From Candidatus Aenigmatarchaeota archaeon (GTDB lineage Archaea; Aenigmatarchaeota; Aenigmatarchaeia; QMZP01; QMZT01), in NCBI GenBank assembly GCA_041489155.1, contig JBGPQP010000004.1, positions 1 through 64,000 on the forward strand: 64,000 bases of DNA. Reading direction: 5' to 3'. The translations under genes and the position numbers were made by a program. Positions within the stretch are counted from its first letter, which is position 1. Every line of letters begins with the position of its first letter. A model generated the notes under the pieces. The model saw nothing but the letters and a program-made list of their open reading frames with translations. It searched no databases and had not been told where the DNA came from. Positions 9,601 to 19,300 of the stretch are shown piece after piece.

Positions 9601-11139
9601 TCATCTTTCGAGAATGAAGTAACGCTCTTCCTCCGGCGCAGGCAGTTCCTCGAGCAGCATGCCCCTCTCCCTCCCCACGCCTATGACATTCAGCTTTCGC
9701 ACGAGCTCGACGGCGCGGCTGAACTTGTTCGTTTTGTCCGCATACAGCTCGAAAAGTATTTCGCCCTTGTGGACCTTGTCCCCGAGCTTTTTCCTGAAGT
9801 AGATGCCTGCCCCCTTGTCCCTCGGCGCGCCGGCCTCCCTGGCCGTTATGTCGACGGCCTTGTTGCTTATCCACAATACTTTTCCAGACTTGCTGGATTT
9901 GAATTCAGCCACCTTGCAGCCCGGCGTGAGATCGTCAGGCTTGATGTCCGGGTTGCCTCCCTGCGCCTCTATTATTTCGCGCAGCTTTTTGTAGGCTTTC
10001 CCCGTTCTCAAAATCTCGAAGGCGACCTGCTTCCCGTTCTTCGCGCCGGCGAATTCGAGCAGCTCGCCCGCGAGGGTCGTTGCTTTATCGACGAGGTCAG
10101 GCGCTCCGTGGCCTTTTATGAAGGTCGTCAGCGCCTCCTTCGCCTCGAGCATCGGTCCGACGCAGTTGCCGATTGGCTGGTCGGCGAAGGTCGAGATGCA
10201 TTGCACTTTTATGCCGAGCTTCTTGCCGAGCTGTATGAATTCATTGGCGAGATTCTCGAACTCGTCTTTCGTCCGTATTTTGGTTTCCTTTCCCGTCGGC
10301 ACGTCAATCACGACGTATTTCGCGTTGACAGCCTTCTTCTTCGACATGACAGAAGGCAGAAGGAAGGGGTCTATCGAGAGGGGATATTCGATGCGTATGA
10401 ATATGTCGTCCGCCGGCGCGAGGTCGACCGCGCCTCCCCAGACGAGGCAGGCGTTAGTTTTGTTGACCACCCTGCGGACTTCCTCGAGCGAGAGGTTTAC
10501 GGGAGCGATGCATTCGAACCTGTCTGCCGTCCCGGCCGGCGACGTTATGGCGCGCGAGGATGTTTTGGGGATCGTAAGACCAGCGGCCGCGACTATCGGG
10601 ACTACGACTATCGATGTTTTATCCCCCGGGCAGCCGCCTACGGAGTGCTTGTCGTAAATCGCCTTAGAACGGAGCTTCAGCGTCTTCCCTGTTTTGGCCA
10701 TCGCCTCTGAAAGGCTAGCGGCCTCGTTCATGTTCATGCCGCGGTTGTAAAGGGCCGTGACGAACGCAGTGAGCTCAATTTCAGAAAGCCTGCGGTTAAC
10801 CGTGTCGTTTATGATGGCGTGGAGTTCCTTCGACGTGAGGGTCTGGCCCAGAAGCTTCTTCTTGATGAACACGAGCGATTTCGGCGGGCTGGCAGGTTCG
10901 ACGCGGATCCTCTCGTTCGGCCTGACGTCGAAGCTTTCCTGTATCTCCTCGTAAAGGCCGACTTCGCCTTCCCTCACTATCCTTCTCGCGACGTTGACTA
11001 TTGCAACGAGTTTCTTTTCCTTGAAGCACAGCTCAACCCTTTCGAGCGGTCTTATGCCGAGCTCTGCCGCATCCTCCTTGTTCAGGATGACGACCGGCTT
11101 TTCGGCCTCGAGCTGCAGAAATTTTGCACGCAAAAACAT
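9601..11139 (-). CDS. deoA: AMP phosphorylase (thymidine phosphorylase family with N-terminal extension)
   Basis: DKHSVGGCPG, KTSSRAITSPAGTAD, WGGAVDLAPADD, SVMSKKKA; adjacent to RuBisCO; alternative start 11172. Confidence 0.93.
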   Translation of the reverse strand: MFLRAKFLQLEAEKPVVILNKEDAAELGIRPLERVELCFKEKKLVAIVNVARRIVREGEVGLYEEIQESFDVRPNERIRVEPASPPKSLVFIKKKLLGQTLTSKELHAIINDTVNRRLSEIELTAFVTALYNRGMNMNEAASLSEAMAKTGKTLKLRSKAIYDKHSVGGCPGDKTSIVVVPIVAAAGLTIPKTSSRAITSPAGTADRFECIAPVNLSLEEVRRVVNKTNACLVWGGAVDLAPADDIFIRIEYPLSIDPFLLPSVMSKKKAVNAKYVVIDVPTGKETKIRTKDEFENLANEFIQLGKKLGIKVQCISTFADQPIGNCVGPMLEAKEALTTFIKGHGAPDLVDKATTLAGELLEFAGAKNGKQVAFEILRTGKAYKKLREIIEAQGGNPDIKPDDLTPGCKVAEFKSSKSGKVLWISNKAVDITAREAGAPRDKGAGIYFRKKLGDKVHKGEILFELYADKTNKFSRAVELVRKLNVIGVGRERGMLLEELPAPEEERYFILER

Positions 11140-11153
11140 TGCCTTGCCCTCTA

Positions 11154-12443
11154 TTATTTCTTGACGCCCCATGCTTTTATTGCTTCCGAAAGCTCGCGGT
11201 GGCTCGCAGCGTATTCGCCCACAGGGATGCGCAGCATGTAAGCTTCAAGCGCCTGCCTCATCGCTCTCGCTCCTGCCCTGCTGCCCTTCGGATGGCCGTG
11301 AACGCCTCCGCCGGCCTGTATTATTATGTTCGTGCCCATTATGTCAAGCAGCTTCGTAACGTTGCCCGGATGGAGGCCGCCTGAAGCGACCGCAAACGCG
11401 GGCTTTATGCCGTACCAGAACTGCTCGAGCGAATGGCCTTTCTTCAGCTCGGTGACGAACCTGCCTTCTATTTCGTCTTCTATCTCGCTCGTCTCGTCGC
11501 CGGCCATTTTCCCGACATTCGCGGTCCCCACGTGTATCTGGTCCACGCCGATGAGGCGCGCGAGCTTCGCGACTACGAGCATCGAAATCCCGTGCCTCGG
11601 GTTTTTCGTGAAAGCGGCGTGGCCTGCCCTGTGCGCGTGAAGTATAAGGTTCATGTCATTGTTTGCCTTTCTTATCGTCTGCAGCGCGGACCAGCCTGCC
11701 GAGACTATGTCTATCATTGCATACTCGCAGCCATGCCTCTTTACGAAATCCATGCGCCTGAGCATTTCAGACGTTTCAGACGTAACGTTAGGCATGTAGA
11801 ACTTGCCCTCGCCCGTTTCCTTCTCGGCGGCATCGCGCATCTTCAGCGTTTCGACAATGCGCCTTTCGAACCTGTTGAAAGCCATGTTCGTCAGGTTTTC
11901 GTCGTCTTTCACTATATCGATTCCGCCTGCCCATGCCTCATACGCAGATTTCGCGTGCTCCTTCTCGTTAAGGCCAAGCTTCGGCTTTACTATTGTTCCG
12001 ATAAGCGGGCGTTTCTTTATGCGGAATTTTTTCCTTATGCCCGGTATTCCGAACTTCGGGCCTTCGAAAGAGCGGATGTATCTTTCCGGCAGGCGTATGT
12101 CGAGAAGGCGGAGATTGGCGACGGACTTCATGCCGAATACGTTGCCGCCGATAGAGCTCAGCAGCTGCGGGACGTTTCCCAGCTCAAAAAGTCCCAGGGG
12201 ATAAGCTATGCGGATGATTTTTTCTTTCCTGTTTATCGAGCAGACTTTCGGCCTCAGGTCGCGCCATATGCGCGCGTTCATCGTGCCGACCTCGGTCCAG
12301 GTCCCTATCGAGCTCTCGCCGGCGATGTCGTTGCACGCGCGCTCGAAAGAGATTTTATTCGGCTCGAGATAGAATTCGGCGATGACATCGTCTTTCGCCG
12401 GTATGTAATCGAGATCAACATAGTCTTTATTCTTGCCTGCCAT
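11154..12443 (-). CDS. rbcL: Form III RuBisCO large subunit
   Basis: ESSIGTW, GTIVKPKLGL, KDDE, HAHRAGH, SGGLH and QAGGGVHGHP motifs intact. Confidence 0.95.
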   Translation of the reverse strand: MAGKNKDYVDLDYIPAKDDVIAEFYLEPNKISFERACNDIAGESSIGTWTEVGTMNARIWRDLRPKVCSINRKEKIIRIAYPLGLFELGNVPQLLSSIGGNVFGMKSVANLRLLDIRLPERYIRSFEGPKFGIPGIRKKFRIKKRPLIGTIVKPKLGLNEKEHAKSAYEAWAGGIDIVKDDENLTNMAFNRFERRIVETLKMRDAAEKETGEGKFYMPNVTSETSEMLRRMDFVKRHGCEYAMIDIVSAGWSALQTIRKANNDMNLILHAHRAGHAAFTKNPRHGISMLVVAKLARLIGVDQIHVGTANVGKMAGDETSEIEDEIEGRFVTELKKGHSLEQFWYGIKPAFAVASGGLHPGNVTKLLDIMGTNIIIQAGGGVHGHPKGSRAGARAMRQALEAYMLRIPVGEYAASHRELSEAIKAWGVKK

Positions 12444-12523
12444 ATCCAAACACCCCGCAATATAATTAGTTTGTTTTTATTATATTTTAGATTTCCGAAA
12501 AGCATAAACAGGGTTTGCGGCAT

Positions 12524-13798
12524 TTAATTCCCGTAATCCTTCTTCGTCGCGTAGGTCGTCTCGACCACGTATTCGCTCTTTACATTGTAGACGTCGCTGC
12601 CTATCCGGCCGGAAAAGTCCAGGTCGTATCTCTCGTCGCTTTCCTCTTCCTCGTCAAAAGATTTTTTCACGACCATCTCGAAAATCTTGTAGGGCGGGTC
12701 GATCTTCGACATCGTGCTGTCGCTTGATCTGAAACGCCATACCTCCTTTCCGTTAAGGTCGATGCAATAGAAATGACAATCCCATGAACCGTCATAAAGT
12801 CTGTCCTTCCACACCGCCGGCGGGCTCCATATATGACCTCCGGTTTTGAAGCGCCAGATTTCCTTGCCGGCAAGGTTTAGACAGTACATGTTGCCGTCCT
12901 CGCAACCAGTGTATATTCTGTCTTTGTGTAAAGTTATTCCCACTCCCACCAACGCACCGGCATTGAAGCGCCACAATTCCTTGCCTTCCATTGAAACGGC
13001 GTAAAGTACGCCATCCCTTGAGCTGATGTATATGATATCTTTGTAAATGGAAGGCGAACAGCAAATACCATATTTGCCGGTGTTAAACCTCCAGAGTTCT
13101 TTTCCCGTTTCGGCGTCCAGAGCGTACAGATTGTTGTCCATCGAACCAAAATAAACAACTCCCTCATGCAACAACGCGGGCAACTCATTCAGAATTTCGT
13201 CTCCGCAGCGGAAACGCCATATTTCTTTTCCATTGACGTCGATGCAGTAGAAATTGCAATCACCTGAGCCAAAATAGAGCCTGCCTTTCTCTGTCACAGG
13301 CCCGTGAAAAACAGCGTCACCAGTTCTGAATCTCCATACTTCCTTGCCTTCCTTGCTGATGCAATAAAGATTGCCGTCAAGGGAGCTGAAATAAATTCTA
13401 CCATCATGGAAAAGAGGTTTGGAGGTAGCCCCGCCGCCAGTCTTGAATTTCCACTGCAGACTGCCGGTTTTGGCTTCGATGGCATAAAACGAGCCTGAAA
13501 GTGCGCCCATGTAAATTATTCTGCCCTCGTCATCCGATTCTGCAGAGTTGCAGGCAAGTTTCCCGTCAGTTTTGAATTTCCACACAAGTTTTCCGGTTGC
13601 GCAGTCAAGGGCATATATGTAAAAATCCATAGAGCCGAAGTAAACTACGCCGTCTACTATTTTAGGGACGCTGTGTATGCTGCCGCCCGGCCCGACGTTA
13701 AGCGCCCTGGTGACCAGCGATTCCCTTTTCCTGACTTCGAAGTCCTCGAGCTCCGTGTCGAAATCGGAAAACCCGATGGCCGTCCGTTTCAGAGCCAT
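12524..13798 (-). CDS. PQQ-like (BamB-like) beta-propeller repeat protein, no signal peptide
   Basis: About eight repeats of YFGS.D...Y..D...GK..W.F; acidic C-terminal tail. Confidence 0.9.
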   Translation of the reverse strand: MALKRTAIGFSDFDTELEDFEVRKRESLVTRALNVGPGGSIHSVPKIVDGVVYFGSMDFYIYALDCATGKLVWKFKTDGKLACNSAESDDEGRIIYMGALSGSFYAIEAKTGSLQWKFKTGGGATSKPLFHDGRIYFSSLDGNLYCISKEGKEVWRFRTGDAVFHGPVTEKGRLYFGSGDCNFYCIDVNGKEIWRFRCGDEILNELPALLHEGVVYFGSMDNNLYALDAETGKELWRFNTGKYGICCSPSIYKDIIYISSRDGVLYAVSMEGKELWRFNAGALVGVGITLHKDRIYTGCEDGNMYCLNLAGKEIWRFKTGGHIWSPPAVWKDRLYDGSWDCHFYCIDLNGKEVWRFRSSDSTMSKIDPPYKIFEMVVKKSFDEEEESDERYDLDFSGRIGSDVYNVKSEYVVETTYATKKDYGN

Positions 13799-13860
13799 AT
13801 TAATTAAATTGAAAGCAAATATAATTATAAAGGGAAGAGAGGGTTTTGGGGTAGAGTAAC

Positions 13861-16116
13861 ATGGCTGTTTGCGAGGCGACGTATGACGAGGAATCGAGGC
13901 GGCTGAAAGTCGACTGCCTGGGCTGCGTGTACGGCGCGTCGGTCGAGGACTACGACAACTGCATGGGCATGGTCATAGACAAGCTGCTATCGAACAAGAA
14001 CGTGGACTCCATCGTCCTCGCCAAAGAGAGGGAATACGAATATTCCGGCGAGCAGGTGAAGATGCTCGTAGAGATAGCGAACGTCATCGAAAGCATAATC
14101 AGGGAAAGACTGATTTCTTACTCGAATCTCAAACCCGACACCTGCGGCAAATGCTACCCGAAGTTCCCTTCGAACATGCAGAACATAGCGATTAATCTCA
14201 TAAGAAGGGACCCGGTAGGCGCTTACGTAGAACTTATCCGGGAGGGAAGGGAGCTTCTCGTGAGGATGGCGAAGAAAGACGCATGCCACCGATGCTACAG
14301 GCATTACAAGGAGGACATCGTGGATGTGCTCATGAAAAAGCTCGAGCCGACTAAAATGATACAGCTGGCGAAACCGAGGCTTTCAGGCTACCACGTGGGC
14401 AACCGCGAAATCTACCGCCAGGTTTTCACCCCCAGCGTCAGGCCGAACTTCATGCTCACGCGCTACATGATCGCGCCGCCGGAGAATGGGAAGTCGGTGG
14501 ACCGCTATAACGTGGGGGACATACAAGTCGAGATCTACAAGGTCCCGCACGATACCAATTATTTTTATCACGCCACTCCCCCGGAGTTCAACCTCTCGGA
14601 GGAGAAATACGCGGTCATGGACGCGGCGAGAAGGTACATGGCGTCGCACAGGCCGAAAACCGCGGAGTTCGTGAAGTCGGAGAAAGTCAGGGAGATTTTC
14701 TACAACATCGGAAAGGACATGCTCCGCGAGGTCGCCGACAAGATGGGCATCTACCTGACGTCGAATGACATCGAGCAGATGGCCGCGATACTTACAAGAT
14801 ACACGGCGGGCCTTGGCGTTCTCGAGGTTCTGCTGGCGGACGAGAGGATACAGGACATATACATAAACTCGCCCATCGAGAGCAAGCCCATCCTCATTTT
14901 TCACCAGGACTACCAGGAATGCCAGACCAACCTCATTCCCACGAGAGAGGACGCGGAATCCTGGGCTACCCGCCTGAGGATACAGTCCGGGAGGCCGCTT
15001 GACGAGGCGAATCCCGTCCTCGACACGGACATCGGCGTGCCGGGGGGCAAGGCAAGGTTCGCGGTCATAACCAAAGGCCTGTCGCCGCTGGGTTTCGGCT
15101 TCGCGATAAGAAGGCACAGGGACAAGCCCTGGACGCTGCCCCTGTTCATAAAGAACGGCATGATAAGCCCGCTGGCAGCCGGCCTGATTTCATTCCTTGT
15201 CGACGGCTCGGTTTCGCTGCTCGTCGCTGGAGGCAGGGGTTCAGGCAAAAGCAGCATGCTCGGTGCGATGATGCTCGAGCTGCTGCCCAAGGTAAGGATA
15301 GTGACGATAGAAGACACGCTCGAGCTCCCCGTCGACCAGCTGAGGGATCTGGGTTACAACATCGAATCGCTCAAGTCGAGGTCGGTTATAACTAAAGTGG
15401 AATCTGAAATGCCCGCTGACGAGGCGCTTAGGACTGCGCTGCGTCTCGGCGACTCGGCGCTCATAATAGGCGAAATCCGTTCGAAAGAAGCGAGCGCGTT
15501 GTACGAGGCGATGAGAATCGGAGCGCTTTCTAACGTCGTCGCCGGGACGATTCACGGCGAGTCGCCATACGGCGTATACGACAGGGTCGTGAACGACCTT
15601 GGCGTTCCCCCGACGAGCTTCAAGGCGACTGACGTGATCCTAATATGCAAATCGCTCAGGTCAGCTGATGGCCTCCGCCGCTCCAGGAGGATGACGGAAA
15701 TCACGGAAGTGAGAAAGCACTGGGATACGAACCCGCAGAAGGAAGGGGGTTTTGTCGGCCTGATGGAATACAACGGCAAGGAGGACACGCTTAAGCCGAC
15801 TGATACGTTCGTCAACGGCGAATCGGAAATTCTCAACAGGATCGCTTCCTACGTCAAGGAATGGTCAGGCAACTGGGAAACGGTCTGGGAGAACATAAAG
15901 CTCCGCGCCAGGATGAGGGAAAATCTCGTGAACATGGCTGACAAGCTCAGGATGCCAGAACTCATGGAGGCGGAATGGATTACGATGTCGAACAACGAAT
16001 ACCACATCATCGCCGAGAAGCTGAAGGAGGATGTCGGGTCGGTCGACGCGAAAATCGCCTACGATGAATGGGAGAAGTGGCTCAGGCTGAAAATAAAGTC
16101 AGGAAGTAAAGATTGA
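13861..16116 (+). CDS. Type II/IV secretion (pilus assembly) ATPase, VirB11/TadA family, with long N-terminal extension
   Basis: Walker A GGRGSGKS, TIEDTLEL, ALRLGDSALIIGEIR and GTIHG motifs. Confidence 0.92.
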   Translation: MAVCEATYDEESRRLKVDCLGCVYGASVEDYDNCMGMVIDKLLSNKNVDSIVLAKEREYEYSGEQVKMLVEIANVIESIIRERLISYSNLKPDTCGKCYPKFPSNMQNIAINLIRRDPVGAYVELIREGRELLVRMAKKDACHRCYRHYKEDIVDVLMKKLEPTKMIQLAKPRLSGYHVGNREIYRQVFTPSVRPNFMLTRYMIAPPENGKSVDRYNVGDIQVEIYKVPHDTNYFYHATPPEFNLSEEKYAVMDAARRYMASHRPKTAEFVKSEKVREIFYNIGKDMLREVADKMGIYLTSNDIEQMAAILTRYTAGLGVLEVLLADERIQDIYINSPIESKPILIFHQDYQECQTNLIPTREDAESWATRLRIQSGRPLDEANPVLDTDIGVPGGKARFAVITKGLSPLGFGFAIRRHRDKPWTLPLFIKNGMISPLAAGLISFLVDGSVSLLVAGGRGSGKSSMLGAMMLELLPKVRIVTIEDTLELPVDQLRDLGYNIESLKSRSVITKVESEMPADEALRTALRLGDSALIIGEIRSKEASALYEAMRIGALSNVVAGTIHGESPYGVYDRVVNDLGVPPTSFKATDVILICKSLRSADGLRRSRRMTEITEVRKHWDTNPQKEGGFVGLMEYNGKEDTLKPTDTFVNGESEILNRIASYVKEWSGNWETVWENIKLRARMRENLVNMADKLRMPELMEAEWITMSNNEYHIIAEKLKEDVGSVDAKIAYDEWEKWLRLKIKSGSKD

Positions 16117-16361
16117 TTTTGCGCGGGCTTGTCGGCATACTGAAGGGAATAAGAATGGGCAGGAAATTAAGCGTGCGCTACCTTGTTACAACAATCGTTG
16201 CATCAGCGCTGATTGGCGCAATCGCCGGCTTGTTCGTGGAAAATGACTTGAGATTCGCGATACTTGCAGGCTATGTTGGCGGTGACTTCATAGAAAGCTT
16301 ATACAAGGTGCGGTTCCGCGAGATATACAAGCCGTCAAACAGAAAGGTGAAAATACCATAG
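16113..16361 (+). CDS. Small membrane protein, possibly 5'-truncated
   Basis: RGLVG...AGYVGGDFIESLYK; TTG start overlaps the ATPase stop. Confidence 0.5.
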   Translation: MILRGLVGILKGIRMGRKLSVRYLVTTIVASALIGAIAGLFVENDLRFAILAGYVGGDFIESLYKVRFREIYKPSNRKVKIP

Positions 16362-16369
16362 GTGAAACA

Positions 16370-19300
16370 ATGAAAGGATTCATGAAAATAAATCTGGCCG
16401 CGTTTATTGCGTTAATGATGTTATTATCAATCATACTCTTTCCTAATGCAACCATGGCAACAATTTACTGCCCGGACTGCTCTAATACGTGTTGGAACCC
16501 ATACTGGTTAACCAACTGTCCTGGGGGGTCAGCTGATAACTGCGGTGACTGTGGATGCACACAAACTTGTGACCAGGGGTGTGGTGCATCGTGCGATGAT
16601 AACGGCGATTGCCCGAATTATTGTGCAGACGGTGACATATTGCAGGAGAACCGTGTATGTCAGTCAGGTTGCACATGCGACAGCGGCAGCTCATTTAATT
16701 GCAATAACTATAACTTTTACCTGTGTGGCAGCGGAAATGTCAGGTATCTTCGTAATTATTATTGTTCTGGTGGGAATTGCAACTCATACAATGATGATTG
16801 GATAGATGACTGCGACGCAGTATGCGACGGCACCTGGATGAAGAAATGCAGCGGCGGCGATTGCGTCCTTGACTATGATTGCCTCGCCACCTGCACAGGC
16901 AAGCAGCGCTACCACGGCTGCTACGGCGGCTGCAACAGCCCCTATTGTGACACCGGCTACGGGAACCCGTGCGGAGCCGCATGCGACCAGAACGACGTGC
17001 AGGAAGGGGGCGATCCGAATTGGTGCCAGGCCTGCTCAAACGACGCGAACTGCGCGTGGAACAACATAAATAACGGCTATCAATGCAGCTCCGCGGATTC
17101 GTGCTCCGGCAATTCGGTGTGCACACACTACGATTGCAGCAGCGGTGCGTGCAGCGCCCAGGATGGCTGCACCAACTGCGACATTTATGATGGTTGGTAT
17201 GGCGGCGGAGAAAATGGTTGCGGTGTCTATGATGACCCAACATCATATTACCGCGATTATTACTGCTCTAGCGGCTCGTGTACTTATTCTAACACGAACT
17301 CTGCTGACTGCGACATTTATGATGGTTGGTATGGCGGCGGCAACACGGCTGGCTGCGGTGATGACCCAACATCATACCACAGGGATTATTATGTAATTGC
17401 AAATACCGACTCATGTGACTACTGCAATGCCGACTCTGCTGATTGTGACGGTTCTGATGTCTGTTCTAATGTATGTTTAGGATCTTACATATACAGTTAC
17501 TTGGATTATTATGTGACTGCAAACACAGGCTCGTGCACATATGCATGGGGTTCATATATTGAAGACTGCGCGACAAAAGCGAGCGAGTGCACGAGTGTTT
17601 CAAATTACAGGGACTACGTGGGCTGTTCGGGCGGTGCGTGCACTTATAATGATTATGATTCCGACTCGGCACAAGGTTATTGTGATGCGTGCAAGGGCGC
17701 TGGTTACTGGTACCTTGGAGGTGAAACTTCGCCAACCACGTGCTGCGAGGATTCTGGAGAATACAAAAGAACTTTTGTAGATTACGCAGGGAATTCATAT
17801 GGTGTCCAGGACTGGGGCTCCAGCCAGGCAGCATGTTGCGATGCATCAACTGACCATATAAATTACAACGGCCAGTGTGTTACATCCGGCTCAGGCGGTT
17901 ATGCAGTAGCAACAGGATATTCTGTTCATGACCAATATGCTTATCCTTACTACTATTCCGGTGATCAAGGATGGCTCGACCTGGACGGTCATTCGTCCTG
18001 GCCAGCTGCATTCGGAGCAAATGTATGCGGCGGCAGCGGCTGGATATACATGTATGGCGATTCTACCGGAGAGAAATGCTCCACCGCAGGGGGCAGCGGC
18101 TGCTGGGACGCAGGACAAAACAACTATGGCTGCTGCGGCGATGATTCAGGAGAGAATTATCTTTACAGGTTGAGTTATTCGGACCAGGTTGGAGGGCTTA
18201 CAGCAACTAGTACATCCGATTACGCATGCTGTGATGCTTCAACAGATTGCGTGTATAATGGAGCGTGTTATGCTCAAAGTACTTGGTATGATTTAGATAG
18301 TAATGGTGTATATGATTCATACTGTTATGGCGTTAATGGCTGGTTAAATGCAGATAGACATACTTCATATTGTACAGCAAATCATTGGAATATTGGCGGA
18401 GATGCGGATTTAGAAGGTGATTATTATCAGGTCGGCGGAGGACGAACTGATTTTTGTGATATAGGTGCAGCCGGAACTCCAAGTACACAATGCTGCTGCG
18501 GCGACGATACTGGGGAAAATTACAGGACATGCACCGATTCTTCAGCGAACGGCGACTGCGGAGCAGATACAACAGCGTGCTGCACTGCTACAACAAAGTG
18601 CATTGACCACAACGGCGCATGCCAGTCGACTGGTTCATGTTATACTTTTGGTTCAGGTGGGTTGAAATCATATTGTAACTCCGGAACATGGGAAGACCCT
18701 GACGAAGCGAGTGGCTATTGCACAGCATCCGGATGCGGATACACATGGATGACAAACGTGCCCACTAGCGGAACACAATGCTGTGCTGATGATTCAACAT
18801 CAGATAATTCATATTATTATTCAGCTAATCCTACGACTGCAACATCGCTTTCCTGCGAGCGCTGCAATGCGGGCAGTTATGTTTCACCTGTAACTTATTA
18901 TGGGAATGGTTATTACACGGGCTCACTGACCACTTCAACAACAACTAACTGCTATTATGGTGACATTACTTGCAGTGCCGCGAACGGCGCGAACGGAACC
19001 AATGCTAACATATATGGCAACGGCTGGACGACAGGTTCTGTAACGACGTCTACTTCGCTTGTATGCTACTACGGCGACATGGGTTGCAGCGACGGATCAC
19101 AGAGCAACGGCACTTCTGGAACGTACTACGGCAACGGATATTCTAGCGGCAGTGGGACTTCAAGGACATGCCATTATGGCGATATAACCTGCAGCGATGG
19201 CTCTGCCTCAAACGGGACATCGCAGAATATTTACGGCTGGGGCTACTATGAGGGAAGCCTGACGGCATCGACGAGCGTGAGCTGCAAAAGCGGCGCAGCT

